The notes beneath the pieces are model-generated. The model was given only the letters and a program-made list of their open reading frames with translations, made no database searches and was not told where the DNA came from. The translations under genes were made by a program, and so were the position numbers. From NCBI RefSeq assembly GCF_006345805.1, contig NC_042997.1, positions 103,106,001 through 103,170,000 on the forward strand: a DNA stretch of 64,000 nucleotides. Direction: 5' to 3'. Numbering within the stretch: the first letter of the stretch is position 1; each line of letters opens with the position of its first letter. This stretch comes from Octopus sinensis (Eukaryota). Positions 40,993-55,479 of this stretch are shown in pieces.

Positions 40993-41444
40993 CCTGATGC
41001 AGTACTAGGCAGTGGCTCTCATGGCTTCTGATCTTAACTGCTTGGAAGTGTTGTCATGTACATTGTTTTGTCTTGGCAATATTCTACTCTAAACACAAAT
41101 TTACTTGTCAATTGTTTGACTTTAATGATTTGAGCATGTCCCTTAGTGGGGGAGCATCATAATCATGTGCTGAGAGGAATTCTTTGCTGTTTGAATAATT
41201 CGCCTCTGGAAACATGAGTGTTTCGTTCATCATCCTTAACCTTTACTCAGGAACCTTTTGAATAGGATGGGATACTCAACCTGAAGAAAATTCTAGCTGG
41301 GTCCCACCCGCAAGGTCATGCACATATGGTTGTGATGCATGTGCTTGGTGTAACTTTATCAAACAAGTAATCATGATGGCTATATTGGGCTTCGTATATT
41401 TATACTCCAGTGTCACTTTCATGACATGCACTGCTCTCTCACTC
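40993..41444 (+). mobile_element. ~550-bp TAA-embedded element (copy 2, with internal deletions)
   Basis: Same termini as 11198-11751; TAA on both sides. Confidence 0.85.
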
Positions 41445-41552
<108 letters not shown>

Positions 41553-41636
41553 AAGAAGAAGAAGAAGAAGAAGAAGAAGAAGAAGAAGAAGAAGAAGAAG
41601 AAGAAGAAGAGGAGGAGGAAAAAGAAGAAGAAGAAA

Positions 41637-42000
41637 AAAATTTCCTGTCTTCCGTTAATGTGGAAGTTACTGTCAGGAGGAATTGCAGAAGAACTGTATA
41701 AATGTGTTGATGAGAACAATATTTTACCGCCGGAACAAAAAGGCTGTAGAAAGAGATGCAGAGGTACCAAAGATAGATCAACTATTGATATACAAAATGG
41801 TAATGCGCGATTGTAAACATAGGAGAACAAATCTGGGAATGGCATGGATTGACTATCGCGAAGCCTATGATATGATTCCACCTTCGTGGATCATCGAGTG
41901 CTTAGATCTGTTTGGAATTGCGAGGAATGTAACGTGTTTCCCGAAGAGAAGCGTGGTGGGATGGAAAACTGAACTGGCATCTTACGGAAGAAGCTAGGAA
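41637..42000 (+). mobile_element. R4/Dong-like RT fragment
   Basis: [11 protein letters not shown]...[17 protein letters not shown]...AWIDYREAYDMIP. Confidence 0.85.
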
Positions 42001-42004
42001 GCCA

Positions 42005-43370
42005 TTAATATCCTCTCACTACCAGTAGTCCAATACAGTTTTAACATCATTAACTGGAATCTTAAAGAGCTCAACATCTGGACAGGAAGACAAGTAAACT
42101 ACTAACATCTAAGAAAATACACCACCCAAAACCAGATGTTGATCGTCTGTATCTACCTAGACATAACGGGAGAGGAGGAATGATGCAGGTAGAACTGTGC
42201 TATAAGACCTCCACAATAGTAATGAACAAGTTCTTACCTAGTACAGAGAACTGAATACTGCGACTTGTATGCAAGCACGAAAACAACAAAAAAGATCACA
42301 TTCTATTATCAAGGAAGCTTACAAAATTTCTAAGGGAACTTGGTATTAACCCTGAATTAGATGAACATAAAACCACTGCTACGAAAAAATCAAAACTGAT
42401 CAAACTGCAAGAAAGGACGGGCAGAAACAAATTGAGGAGCGGTGGAGCCAGAAGCCTCTGCATGGACAGTATATACTTCGAAGCCGAAATGCTGATGTAA
42501 ACCGAGCAACAACTCATCGCTAGTTGAGAAGCTCTGGACTGAAAGCAGAGTCTGAAGGTTTCATATTGGCCGCACAGGATCAAAGCTTGCTTACTAAAAA
42601 CTACCAGGCAAACGTTCTTTAAAACGGTTCAGACCCTAAACGCAGATTCTGCGATAAATTTGACAAAGCAATAGACCATACCTTCTCGGGATGTCCTGTA
42701 CTGACACCAAACGAATACAAAAATCGCCACGATAGGGTAGGACAGTATTTACATTGGAAAATATGTAAACACTACAAAATCAACACTCCTGCTTACTGAT
42801 ATGAACATCATCTTAAGCCAGTCGTTGAAAGTAAAAATGTTACTATCCACTGGGATTTTCCAATCAACACCGACAGAACGACCCAAGCAAATCGACCAGA
42901 CATAGTCAACAAATACAAGGAAGAAAATACTTGTAGTCTAATATATGTAAGTGTTCCCATTAATAAGATTATAACTGTAAAGGAATTTAACAAATTAAGT
43001 AAATATAAGGACCTAGAAATTGAAATATAAATGTTGTGTCATCTTAAAGCGAGAACTGTTCCTGTTATTGTGGGTGCCCTAGGTATGATAAGAAATGGGA
43101 GTCAGAAACATCTAGATGATATCCCAGGAGAACTATGTCTCAGAGAAATCCTAAAGAGTGTGCTAACAAGTAATGCCCACATCCTTAGAAAAATCCTAAG
43201 AATTTAAATGTCTGTTTTATTACATGAAAGTATTTCGCTACCGCCCCAGCCACTTATCATCCCTATGGTTTCAGTAATACTGGAACATCTCTTATTCTTC
43301 ATCGCCCTAGGATGGTGTGTGTGTCTCGGTGAGTGATTGTAAGAAATATGCAGATTAAAAGCTCAATTTG
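42005..43370 (+). mobile_element. R4/Dong-like RLE LINE 3' half (subfamily 2), degraded
   Basis: HHPKPDVDRLYLPR..GRGG, LRSSGLKAESEGFILAAQDQ, RFCDKF...H..SGCPVL...RHDRVG, ANRPDIV. Confidence 0.85.
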
Positions 43371-43371
43371 T

Positions 43372-44887
43372 TATTCATGAATGACCTCAAACTTTATGGT
43401 AAATGAAGCCCAAGTCAGTTCCCTCGTTGATACGGTCTATACCTTCAGTGCTGATATCAGAACGGAGTTCGGACTGAGAAAGTGTGGTGTGTTAGTTAGT
43501 CTTGAATAGAGGCAAAATCAAAGGTATGGACGGACTAAAGATACCGTCGGGAGAGGTTATGAAGCAAATAGAAGGGATTGGGGATTTTGGAAATAGATAA
43601 ATTGATGGAGAAAGAAATGACAGAAATATTTAAGGTGGAGTACTTGCGCAGACTGAGACTGGTCTTAAGTCGAAATTAAACGGACGGAATAAAATCGAAG
43701 CTATCTATACCTGAGCGGTTTCATTCCTTAGATATGGAGCAGGGGTAATCGCATGGACAGTAGACGATCTAAACAGCTTAGACAGAAAGACAAAGAAGTC
43801 ACTATCCAGATGTGGGATGCTCCACCCAAAAAGTGACAAAGGCAGACTGTATGTACCAAGAAAAAGAGGGGGAGGGGGACATATTGGATGCGAGCACAGC
43901 ATTAGAGCAGAAGAATACAACATACCATGGTATGTAAAAATGTCACAGAACCGCTATTATTAGAAATAAGAAGGTCAGGCTTGTGTAAGATGAAAGATTG
44001 CAAAGATAAAGCACTGTACAAGCAACTGAAAACGAATGAAACTGAAAATAGGTGGATAAAGAAAAGAGTGCATAGTCAATTTCATAGGGATGTTGAAGAT
44101 AAGACAGACAGAGAAAAAACATGGCTGTGGTTGACTAAAAGTGATTTAAAACCGGAAACGGAGGCTCTAATCTGAGCTGCCCAAGAGCAAGCACTAAGAA
44201 CAAACTACATAAAATACAGAATAGACAAAACATCAGAAAGTGATAAGTGCAGACTCTGTGGACAAAATAGTGAAACCGTATAGCATATTATCAGCCAATG
44301 TACGCCACGTACATAACAACTATGAAGAAATCGTATGGCATATTACAGCCAATGTACGCTACGACAATATAGCCTGGTTTGTCCATTGGACACTTTGCAA
44401 CAATTATGGACTTGACAGAGCAAAAAATTGGTCCGACCACAAACCCGAAGGCATCATCGAAAATAAAAATGCAAAGATCCTATGGGATTTTATGATTCAG
44501 TGCGACCATGGGATAGAGAATAGGAAGCCAGACATAGTCTTAAAAATAGAAAGAAAATAAACTAAGCTGGATAATAGATATAGCATGCCCAGCAGGCAAC
44601 AGAATATGCAAGAAGGAAGAAATAAAAGTCGAGAGATATGACAGGTTAGCTTGGGAAGTTAAGCAGTTGTGGTCAATGAAAAACGAAGTAGTACCAATAA
44701 CTGCCGGAGCCCTGGGAACAGTGAGCAAAAATCTCGAGAAGTACATGGAACAAATAGGGGCTGCAGTAAGGGTGAAACTGCTCGAGTACGCCGGAAGGTG
44801 CTCGAAAAATAAGGGATGTTACCTTAGTTCACTGGTAGTGAACAGCTGACACGTAGTACCTCTCCAGCGTTAGAAGCTGTGCAAAGG

Positions 44888-44890
<3 letters not shown>
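43372..44890 (+). mobile_element. R4/Dong-like RLE LINE 3' half (subfamily 3), ending in (TAA)n
   Basis: M.DLKLYGK, LHPKSDKGRLYVPRKRGGG, WLTKSDLKPETEALI.AAQEQ, NRKPDIVL; TAA tract at 44891-44952. Confidence 0.85.
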
Positions 44891-44952
<62 letters not shown>

Positions 44953-44954
44953 GT

Positions 44955-45090
44955 GGCTTCAAATTTTTCCACAAGGGCAGCCATTTTGGGGGAGGAGATA
45001 TGTCGATCACATCAATCCCAGTGTTCAACTGGTGCTTAATTTATGAAGCCCGAAAGGATGAAAGGCAAAGTCGACTTCGGTGGAATGATG
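44955..45090 (-). mobile_element. SINE family B, tail-to-tail with the LINE
   Basis: GGCTTCAAATTTTTCCACAAGG...CCCGAAAGGATGAAAGGCAAAGTCGAC. Confidence 0.8.
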
Positions 45091-45239
45091 ATAATGGTCT
45101 GCACTGAAATGTCATACTTTTGATAGTGATGATATCACATTTTTCTGACATTTGATATCTTATTTTGTCATAGAGAGAGCACATGTAAATAGTTACAAGC
45201 TTCCTTATATATTTGTTGCAGAGGGTTCATATTTCTGCT

Positions 45240-46092
<853 letters not shown>

Positions 46093-46527
46093 TAATTGAC
46101 ATGAGTATCCCTTGCGATCACACTATAGCGGCGAAAGAATTTGACAAGGTTAGTAAATATAAAGACCTGCTAATAGAAATTGAAAAAATGTGGCATCTCA
46201 AGGCGACTACAGTACCAGTGATTGTAGGATCTCTAGGAATGATAAAAGAAGGTACTGAGACCTATTTGAAAATGATTCCAGGCTTACCATCCCTACAGGA
46301 AGTGCAAAAAAATCGTATTAACTGGAACGGCTCATGTACTGGGAAGAGCATTATCGCTGTGAAAACAACATCACTCCATGAATTTATTTATTTATTAATT
46401 TTTAAATGCATATTTTATCTGTGAATTTGCGTGTGTAATCTGGGAATGCATACAATAAGCTTCTCTGCCCTAGGTGTTTGGAAAACACCCGGCGAGAAAC
46501 GGAAGAAAATTTGAAGAAGGAAAAAAC
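46093..46527 (+). mobile_element. R4/Dong-like 3' fragment (subfamily 4) between TAA tracts
   Basis: IDMSIPCD...KEFDKVSKYKDLLIEIEKMWHLK...VPVIVGSLGMI. Confidence 0.85.
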
Positions 46528-46604
<77 letters not shown>

Positions 46605-46605
<1 letters not shown>

Positions 46606-49600
46606 TTGGATCCGAGTAAGTAATACGAATTGAAATTTATTACTATTTTCGAAACGAAATGATGTTTTGACTCGATATTATCTCCACCTCTAACACAACA
46701 CATGTAAACATGCGTGGAACAACACGATCATCCCCGACCTCAAACACCATGTACAAAGGAACTACGAAGAAATTAAATGCCACCGATACTATTCAACCCA
46801 AGAATAACAATCGAGCGGTACGTACATTAAACCTACAACAAAAATGTACGAAAAACTACACGTGCGAAATAATGTGACAACAGAAATAAACGGACCGGTA
46901 CCCTACGAAAATGACGACCGTCAAAATAATGGGCCGGACGTTGTACCTCATGTCCCGCAATTAAAACCCAAAAGACGTAAATGGACACGTGAGGAATACA
47001 TTTCTATCTTACACGCATACTTCACAGCAATGCTCTACCCACAAAATGAAAATACAACAACACATACATATAAAATATGGAAGGAAAATAATAGAGATAT
47101 AGACTTGGATACAGCAATGAACCCTAATAAATTAGCTAACGTACGAAGATACATTCTCAAAGCCAAAAAATATCAGAAATAGAAATAGAACATTTAAAAG
47201 AAAAAATACACCAGGAAAATGTAGATAGAAGCCACACAACAATGCCCAATAATATAAACACTGAAACTGTAAAACACGAAGACAAACGCAACATTCCCAA
47301 CAAACACGATGTAAACAACGAAGGGGAGCCTAATGATTATGATAATATAAAAAATAAAATAATCAAAGAACTAAAAACCACAGAGCTCAAAATGGACCAC
47401 CGACCATACCTCCCAAGAATAAAAATAAACGCAATAACAACACCAATTATAAACAACATAAACCTAGCCGTCACTGAACTAGCCACTGAAACAAAAAAAA
47501 GTGATATCACTGAACTAAATGACTTGATATACGCAGCAGCCACTGCAGCCACAAAAGAAGCTGGATACTCACCCAAACTCGCCCAAACAGGAGTACCACC
47601 ACCCAAACAAACCCTGTGGATAAATAACATCCAAAACAAAATTTAAAAAATTAGAAAAGACCTGTCGATTCTTAATGAAATCAGCAAACAAGCAACGCTA
47701 CTGAGCAACAAAAATGCTCCGCAAATATAACATCACAGAAAAAGATTTGCCGGAGATAAAAGAAAAGCTGAAGCAAGATATCCTTGCCAAAGCTCAAAGG
47801 ATCCGCCGGTACGAGAAACGCCAACGCTTCTTTGAACAGAACAAAAAGTTCAACTCCGACCCCAAAAAGTTCTACCAAGAACTGGGCAAAAATAAAATAG
47901 AAGTTACTGCAGCACCAACGGCAGAAGAATTGGAAGAATTCTGGAAAGAAATATGGTCGGCGAACGAACAGCCAAAAAAAAGGAGTATGAAAATAACAAA
48001 CTCGGCATCTGAACAACTTTGGACCCCCATAACAACTGAAGAGGTCACCCAGGCACTGCAAAAACTAAGCAACTGGAAGGCACCTGGGCATGACAAGATC
48101 CCCAACTTCTGGTTGAAATATCTAACAGGAATGCACAAAAAGCTGGCTGAAAACTTTAACAGCATACTAGCAGAGCCAGAGACAATGCCTGAATGGCTCA
48201 CGAAGGGGAAAACCATCTTAATTCCCAAATCAAATGAAACAACAAAACCAGAAAACTACAGACCAATAACCTGCCTCCCTACTATGTTCAAGGCATTTAC
48301 TGCAGTGATATCGCAAAGGCTGAACAAGCACCTGGACGAAAACAAACTGTTCCCAGAAGAGCAGAAAGGATGCCGCAAGGGCTCATATGGCTGTAAAGAT
48401 CAACTAATGATTAATAAAGCCGTAACTGAAGACAGCCACAGAAAGAAGAAAGGCCTCAGTATGGCCTGGATTGACTACAAAAAGGCGTTTGATAGCATCC
48501 CCCACACATGGATCCTCGAAACACTAGCCATTAACAAAGTAGCACCAACAATCATAAAATTCATAGAGCACTCTATGAATAAATGGCAAACAGTCCTACA
48601 CCTCCAAACAAAAGAGGGACTCATGAAAACCAAAGACATCCCCATTAGAAGAGGAATATTCCAGGGAGACACGCTCTCTCCACTCCTTTTCTGCTTGGCA
48701 CTGTCACCTCTATCTGATATGCTAAATAGAACTGGATGCGGATATAAATGTTACGGCAAAACGATCAGCCACCTTTTATATATGGATGACCTAAAACTAT
48801 ACGCTGCAAATGACAAACAGCTGGAAACACTATTAAAGACAGTTCATGGATTTACCAAAGAAATAGATATGAAATTGGATTAGAAAAATGCGCCAAAGTA
48901 ACCATGAAAAGAGGAAAACTAGTTAAGAGTAACAACATCACACTAGATAAAACCAATGAAATAAAAGAATTAGACCAAAGCCAAACTTACAAATACTTAG
49001 GAATCCATGAACTAGATAAGACACAACACACACAAATGAAAGAGAAAATAAAAAAAGAATATTATAGACGAGTTAGATCAATACTAAAAACAGAGCTCAA
49101 TGCTAAAAACAAGATAATAGGTATCAACACTTTAGCTGTCCCAGTTATAAGTTACAGCTACAATATCCTTAACTGGACACGAAATGAACTGTCCAAAATA
49201 GATAGGAAAACAAGAAAAATACTGACAGGATCTAGGATGCATCACCCAAAATCTGACATAGAAAGACTATATATACAACGTATAGAAGGTGGTAGAGGCC
49301 TTATACAGCTGGAAAACTACTATAAAATAACCACCATAGGACTGCAAAAATACCTACTTCAGAAGGAAGGAAAACTGATCCAGATAGCAGCAAAACACGA
49401 GCAAAACAAAAAACTGTTCTCAGTATTTAAGGAAGCTGACAAATACAAACAAGAAATCATACCACCTAATAAACACAAAGAAGAAGAAGAAGATGATGAA
49501 GAAACAACAAAAGCTATAAAACAAATGAAATCCAAACTAAAAATAGAACAGCAACGAGCCATGATAAAACGATGGCAAGAAAAGCCCCTTCATGGTAAAT

Positions 49601-50436
49601 ACTGCACTAAACTAAACGCAAAAGAAATAGACAAAGAAAAATCCCAGCAATGGTTGAGAAGCTCAGGACTCAAAGCAGAAACAGAGGGATTTTTAATTGC
49701 AGCACAAGACCAAAGCCTCCCACCAGAAATTACCAAAAACATGTAATGAAAAGAAATATTACAAGTAACTGCAGAATATGTGGAGATGGACAAGAAACAA
49801 TAAATCATATTATCTCTAGCTGCCTAGTCCTGGCTAAGAAGGAATATATTCACAGACATGACAGAGTTGGAACCTACATACATTGGAAGCTATGCCAACA
49901 TTATGGAATAACAACAGAAAAAAGATGCTATAGGCACACACCAGAAAAGGTCACAGAAACCGAGAAAGCAACCATACTCTGGGATATGCCGATACACACA
50001 GATAGAGAAATTAAGGCCAACAGACCAGATATAGTTGTCAGAGATCATGAAGAAAAAAAATGCTTTCTAATTGATGTATCAATACCGGCAGATGACAACG
50101 TGTCTCTAAAAGAAATGGAGAAACTCTCAAAATACAAAGACCTGGAAATAGAGCTAACTAGAATGTGGAACCTGAAAACAGAAACAATTCCTATCATAGT
50201 AGGTGCATTAGGCATGATAAAAAAATATTCAGACAAATACATAACAAAAACACCAGGACTTACAAACACATATAACATACAGAAAATTGCACTACTAGGC
50301 ACTGCACACATCCTACGCAGAACACTTTCCATACAATAACCATCAGAGCTTCACAACAAATCACAGCACATACCCAAGGCACACAGAGCTGCGTTCGGTA
50401 GTGAAGTGAAAGCACGCTATAAAAATAAAACTACTG
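46605..50436 (+). mobile_element. Near full-length R4/Dong-clade non-LTR retrotransposon (single ORF: N-terminal KWT motif, RT, CCHC knuckle, RLE)
   Basis: KRRKWTREE; RT motifs NWKAPGHDKIPNFWLK, NYRPITCL, AWIDYKKAFDSIPH, GIFQGDTLSP, YMDDLKLY; CRICGDGQETINHIISSC; RHDRV; RPDIVVRD...IDVSIP...EKLSKY. TAA on both sides. Four frameshifts and one in-frame stop. Confidence 0.95.
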
Positions 50437-50449
50437 AATAATAATAACA

Positions 50450-50550
50450 ATCATCCTTTCTTCTATGACCACAAGACCTGAAATTTTGGAGGAGGGAGAC
50501 TAGCCGATTACATCGACCCCAGTGTCTAACAGGTACTTAATTTATCGACT
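50450..50550 (-). mobile_element. SINE family B 3' fragment, tail-to-tail with the LINE
   Basis: CACAAGACCTGAAATTTTGG...CGATTTACATCGACCCCAGTG...GGTACTTAATTTATCGAC. Confidence 0.75.
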
Positions 50551-50551
50551 T

Positions 50552-51200
50552 CTCCTTCAGACATTTGTATATATCTTAGCTTACTGTCCCAACGCACCAG
50601 TTATTACAGGCTCGACCTTTACTGTTCATATGTTTCAAATTCTTCTTATTTCAAATTTGAAGGGACTGTATATTTTTCTTTTTGTTTTTGTTTTTGTTTT
50701 TCTTTCTCTATCTTTACGATCTTGTGATCAAGCGGGCACGATTTGGCGATAAGTAAGCAACTTTGCTTTTCCCTATCTATAATTGTTATGCCTGGCTTAT
50801 TATTTTCTGACTTCTTGTCAGTTTGAATAGGAAAGTCCCACAAAATCTTACAGTTCCCCGATTTCAGTGCTCTTTCGACTCGATCATTTAACCATGTGTT
50901 TCCAACTTCAAATCCCCATTTCTGGCACACAGTCTCCAGTATAAAACTTTTACAGACTCCTCGTGCCTCCATTTCTTATATTCTTCCTGTGCCAACCTGG
51001 GGCATTCTGTCAGTGTGTCACACTGTCTCGTTCCAAATTCCATGGGCTTTACATTTTCTGACACATTCTCTCTATATATATCTTTTCTTAAGTTGTTTGT
51101 TTTTATTGCTTGATAGGCTGACACAATGAGGCTTCCTGTTTCTTTAGTTGTCTCTTTTTTAACCAAGCTCAGGATTTTGTTCCACATACGTCTTCAGTGG
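50552..51200 (-). mobile_element. R4/Dong-like 3' fragment (subfamily 3-like), degraded
   Basis: CKILWDFPIQTDK..ENNKPGI, SAYQAIKTN...IYRENVSE, ECPRLAQEEYK. Confidence 0.75.
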
Positions 51201-51258
51201 CTCTACTACTACTACTACTACTACTGCTATTGTTATTATTATTATTATTATTATAATT

Positions 51259-51811
51259 GAGTGAGAGAGCAGTGCATGCCATCAAAGTGACTGTGGGATA
51301 AAATATACGAAGCCCAGTATGCCCACAGGACTACCCGTCTGATAAGGGTACACTAGGCACATGCATCACAACCATATATGCGCGACATGGTGACCTCATA
51401 TCAAAATAAACAGCACATGACCTTGTAGGTGGGGCCGAGTTTGAATTTTCTTCTGACCAAGTAACCCATCCCACTCAAAAGGTCCCTGAATAAAGATTGT
51501 TTAAGGATGTTGAACGAAACACCCATGTTTCCAGAGGTGAATTATTCAAACCCCAAAGAATCCTTCTCAATACATGGCTATGATGCTTCCCCACTACTTC
51601 TGCTTGTGATCAGAGATGCACATATCATCAGCCAGTAAGGGACATGCTCAACTGGTTAAGGTCAAACAACTGACAAGCAAATCTGTGGTATTGAGCACAA
51701 TATTTTCTGTAGCCCAGTTTTTATACCAAGACAAAACAATGTACATAATAACACTTCCAATCAGTTAAGATTATAAGTCATGAGAGCCACTGCCTGGTAC
51801 TGCATCAGGGC
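51259..51811 (-). mobile_element. ~550-bp TAA-embedded element (copy 3)
   Basis: Reverse complement of 11198-11751; (TTA/TTG)n on both sides. Confidence 0.88.
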
Positions 51812-51834
51812 ATTTATTGTTGTTGTTGTTGTTG

Positions 51835-51902
<68 letters not shown>

Positions 51903-51921
51903 ATTATTATCATTATTATTT

Positions 51922-52060
51922 TCAAATTCCGCCGACGTGGATTTTTCTTTCCATCATTTCAGGCTCGATAAATTAAGTACCCATGAAACATTGGGGCTGA
52001 TGTAATCGACTTGTCCCCGCACCCTATTTCAGGCCCTCTGCCTATAGTCGAACGAATTAT
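51922..52060 (+). mobile_element. SINE family B 3' part
   Basis: TTCAAATTCCGCCGACGTGG...CGATAAATTAAGTACC...GCCTATAGTCGAACGAATTATT. Confidence 0.75.
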
Positions 52061-52070
52061 TATTACTATT

Positions 52071-53292
52071 CAGTAGTTTTATTTTTATATCGTACTTTCA
52101 CTTCACTACCGAGCGCAGCACTGTGTGCCTTGGGTATGTGCTGTGGTTTGTTGTGATGCTCTTATGGTTACTGTATTGAAAGTGCTTTACGTAGGATGTG
52201 TGCAGTGCCCAGTAGTGCAATTTTTTGTATGTTATATATACTTGTAAGTCCTGGTGTTTTTATGTATTTATCTGAATATTTTTATCATACCTAATGCATC
52301 TACTGTGGTAGGAATTGCTTCTGTTTTTAGATTCTACATTCGAGTTACTTCTATTTCAAGGTCTTTGTATTTTGAGAGTTTCTCCATTTCTTTTAGAGAC
52401 ACGTTGTCATCTGCCGGTATTGATACATCAATTAGAAAGCATTTTTTTTCTTCATGATCTCTGACAACTATATCTGGTCTGTTGGCCATAATTTCCCTAT
52501 CTGTGTGTATTGGGATATCCCAGAGTATTGTTGCTTTCTCGTTTTCTGTGACATTTTCTGGTGTGCGCTTATACCATCTTTTTTCTGTTGTTATTCCATA
52601 ATGTTGGCATAGCTTCCAATGTATGTAGGTTCCAACTCTGTCATGTCTGTGAATATATTCCTTCTTAGCCAGGACTGGGCAGCCAGAGATAATAGGATTT
52701 ATTGTTTCTTGTCTATCTACACATATTCTGCAGTTACTTGTTATGTTTCTTTTCATTATATGTTTTTGGTAATTTCTGGTGGGGAGGCTTTGGTCTTGTG
52801 CTGCAATTAAAAATCCCTCCGTCTCTGATTTGAGTCCTGAGCTTCTCAACCATGGCTGGGATTTTTCTTTGTCTATATCTTTTGCATTTAGTCTAGTCCA
52901 GTATTTGCCATGAAGGGGCTTTTCTTGCCATCGTTTTATCATGGTCCATTGCTGTTCTAGTTTTAGTTTGGTTTTCAATTGTTTTATAGCTTTTGTTGTT
53001 ACTTCTTCTTCATATTTGTTAGGTAGTATGATTTCTTGTTTTTATTTGTCAGCTTCCTTAAATACTGAGAACAGTTTTTTGTTTTGCTCGTGTTTTGTGG
53101 CTATTTGTATAAGTTTTCTTTGCTTCTGAAGTAGGTATTTTTGCAGTACTATGGTGGTTTTTCAGCTGTATAATTTCCCAGCTGTATAAGGCCTCTACCA
53201 CCTTCTATACGTTGTATATATAGCCTTTCTATGTCAGATTTTGGGTGGTGCATCCTAGATCCTGTAATTATTTTTCTTGTTTTCTTGTTTTC

Positions 53293-53297
<5 letters not shown>
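52071..53297 (-). mobile_element. 5'-truncated R4/Dong-like LINE (same family as 46605-50436)
   Basis: ORF 52334-52978 with the CCHC/RHD/PD-D RLE motifs; identical 3' end ...AAAACTACTG; TTA tracts on both sides. Confidence 0.92.
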
Positions 53298-53354
<57 letters not shown>

Positions 53355-53477
53355 GTTATTGTTGTTGTTGTTGTTGTTATCGTTATTAGAATTATTAAGG
53401 AGGTGAACTGTCAGAATCGTCAGCAGGCTGGGCGAAATGCTTATCGGCATTTCGTCTGCCGGTATGAAGCTGAGCCA

Positions 53478-53715
53478 AACCAAAATAGTGGTATTAAAAA
53501 CATACAGACAAATACATAACCAAAACAGCAGGACTTACGGATATATATAACACATAGGAAATAGTACTACTACGCAGCGCACACATTCTGCGTAAAGCAC
53601 TTTCAATACTGTGAAAATAACAACACGAAAACAAACCACAGTACATGAACAAGGCACACAAAGCTGCACTCAGTAGTGCAGTGAAGGCACGGGATAAAAA
53701 TAAGATTATTGAATA
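53478..53715 (+). mobile_element. R4/Dong-like extreme 3' fragment
   Basis: Diverged match to 50215-50436 (ACAGACAAATACATAACC...GCTGCACTCAGTAGTGCAGTGAAGGCACG); followed by a degenerate TAA tract. Confidence 0.7.
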
Positions 53716-53779
53716 ACAGTGCTAATAATGATGATAATAATAATAATAATAACAATTGGGCAGAGAACGCTATAACTCT

Positions 53780-54540
53780 AATCTTGTATTCTCGCTATTT
53801 TGATGATACATCATAGTAGCAAAAGTACCTCCACAACACAATATCTACGAACTTGAAGCTAGTACTAAGGAGGGCATCTGGCAGATAGTTCACTCCACAC
53901 ACCAGAGTATTAAGGTAACAATAGATTACCTTAGTAAGCACTCCAACCGCAGACATTGTTCTAGACACTGAATTCTGACTGGAAACTAAGAATAACAAAG
54001 TTCAATTCTCTATTCGCCCTGTTCCAAATTCATGGCCTTCAAATACCTGACCCACTGGAACACAGCAATTGCAGATAACAGTAAGTTCAATATCTTGAGA
54101 GAGGACTTGATAAATGTGCTGAGAAACGTGTTCCGCATGTGCAACCCAACGGACTTAACAAGACAGCAACAGCACTTCATCTGTTGCAATTAGACCTCTA
54201 ACTGCAACCAAAGATACAGGATCAGGGTGTGCAAAGGAGCCATGACAAAATTCAATACCGTCATATAGAATGGCGCAAATGGGATCTGCACGCTATACAG
54301 GAATAAATCATGGAATAGTATAGAAAGGAGTAAGAGGAACATAGGTAAGACCAACTCATGGAATAACAGCTCAAAATACCGGAGCCTCATATACATCGAT
54401 GCTACTCTTGAAAGCAAACTAGCATATGATTTTCGAAAACCTTTAGATAAACTGAATCTACATATTAAAGTAGTAGTAAGGCCAAAAACTCCCATAAAAT
54501 TCCGGATCTCTAGAACATACTAATTAAAAATAACCTCCTG
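53780..54540 (+). mobile_element. Degraded retroelement, possibly a Penelope-like RT thumb/linker
   Basis: Frame SKYRSLIYIDATLESKLAYDFRKPLDKLNLHIKVVVRPKTPIK resembles the PLE post-RT linker; many stops. Confidence 0.35.
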
Positions 54541-55479
54541 ACAGGAACTGTATAGTGTGTTTGAATTCATAGCTAAACAAGTAACAACAATATTTGTTCT
54601 TGTTTTTTGGGTTTTTTTTTTTAGCTCGAGATTAATTCAGATTGATGAGACCTACGATGGGAAATTTTCCAAAATTGACTATGTCAATATCCTTTGTTTA
54701 CAGGTGTCATCCACTCTATGGCAGAACATAGATTGCACGTATAACGTGTCATTTGATTGTGCTTTGACAGTTATTTAACAGATTGCGTGATCACGTCGCG
54801 TAAAAGATCACTTATACAACGAACAAGAAAGATGATATTGGGATTTTACAAAATGTTTATGGGTAGACATGCTATATTCTCATTTGTATATTCTCTTACT
54901 AAACAATCAAAATAAACCAATATACTATAATATTTTTGCGCTAAAGAGATACCCTTTTGTGAATTCCGATGACATTTCACAATATTACAACAGAGATGGG
55001 GGCAACTTTTTCGAACACACTGAATCTCTTTGTTTCATTAATAAACACATGATTGTCTTTCACAAAACCGGAACTATCAGAAATTTAATCTCTAACCTTA
55101 GTAACCTGCATACTCTTCCATCTGAGAAAATTAATACAATAGCCTTGTTGTGCTTGGATTCCGTAAAACTTTCACCTATGTCTGACGCGTTAATCTTCTA
55201 ACAAAACTCTCCACTTATAGGATCCATCAGTCCTCTTCCCTCTAGTATTAGTAGTTTTATATCAGATCGCACCCTTGCAGCGTGAGTTCGTGGAGCTGTC
55301 TCTTGTCTCTTTCTCTGTCTCTGTCTCTGTCTCTCTCTCACTCTTTCTATCTTTCTTTATTTGTCTCCCACTGTCTCTTTATTTTCTCTGTCTCTTTCTC
55401 TGATCCACACTGGTAATTTTGCTATGTCCCAGTAATCAGTTCCCCTGCATCACTTTCCTTCTATACATCAAGTCGTCCT

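Noticed and set aside
46605-46840. HDV-like ribozyme in the R4/Dong 5' UTR (and in the RTE 5' region)
   Set aside because: Such ribozymes are known in these clades, but I could not assemble a P1/P1.1/P2/P3 fold by eye. An RNArobo or Infernal search is needed.
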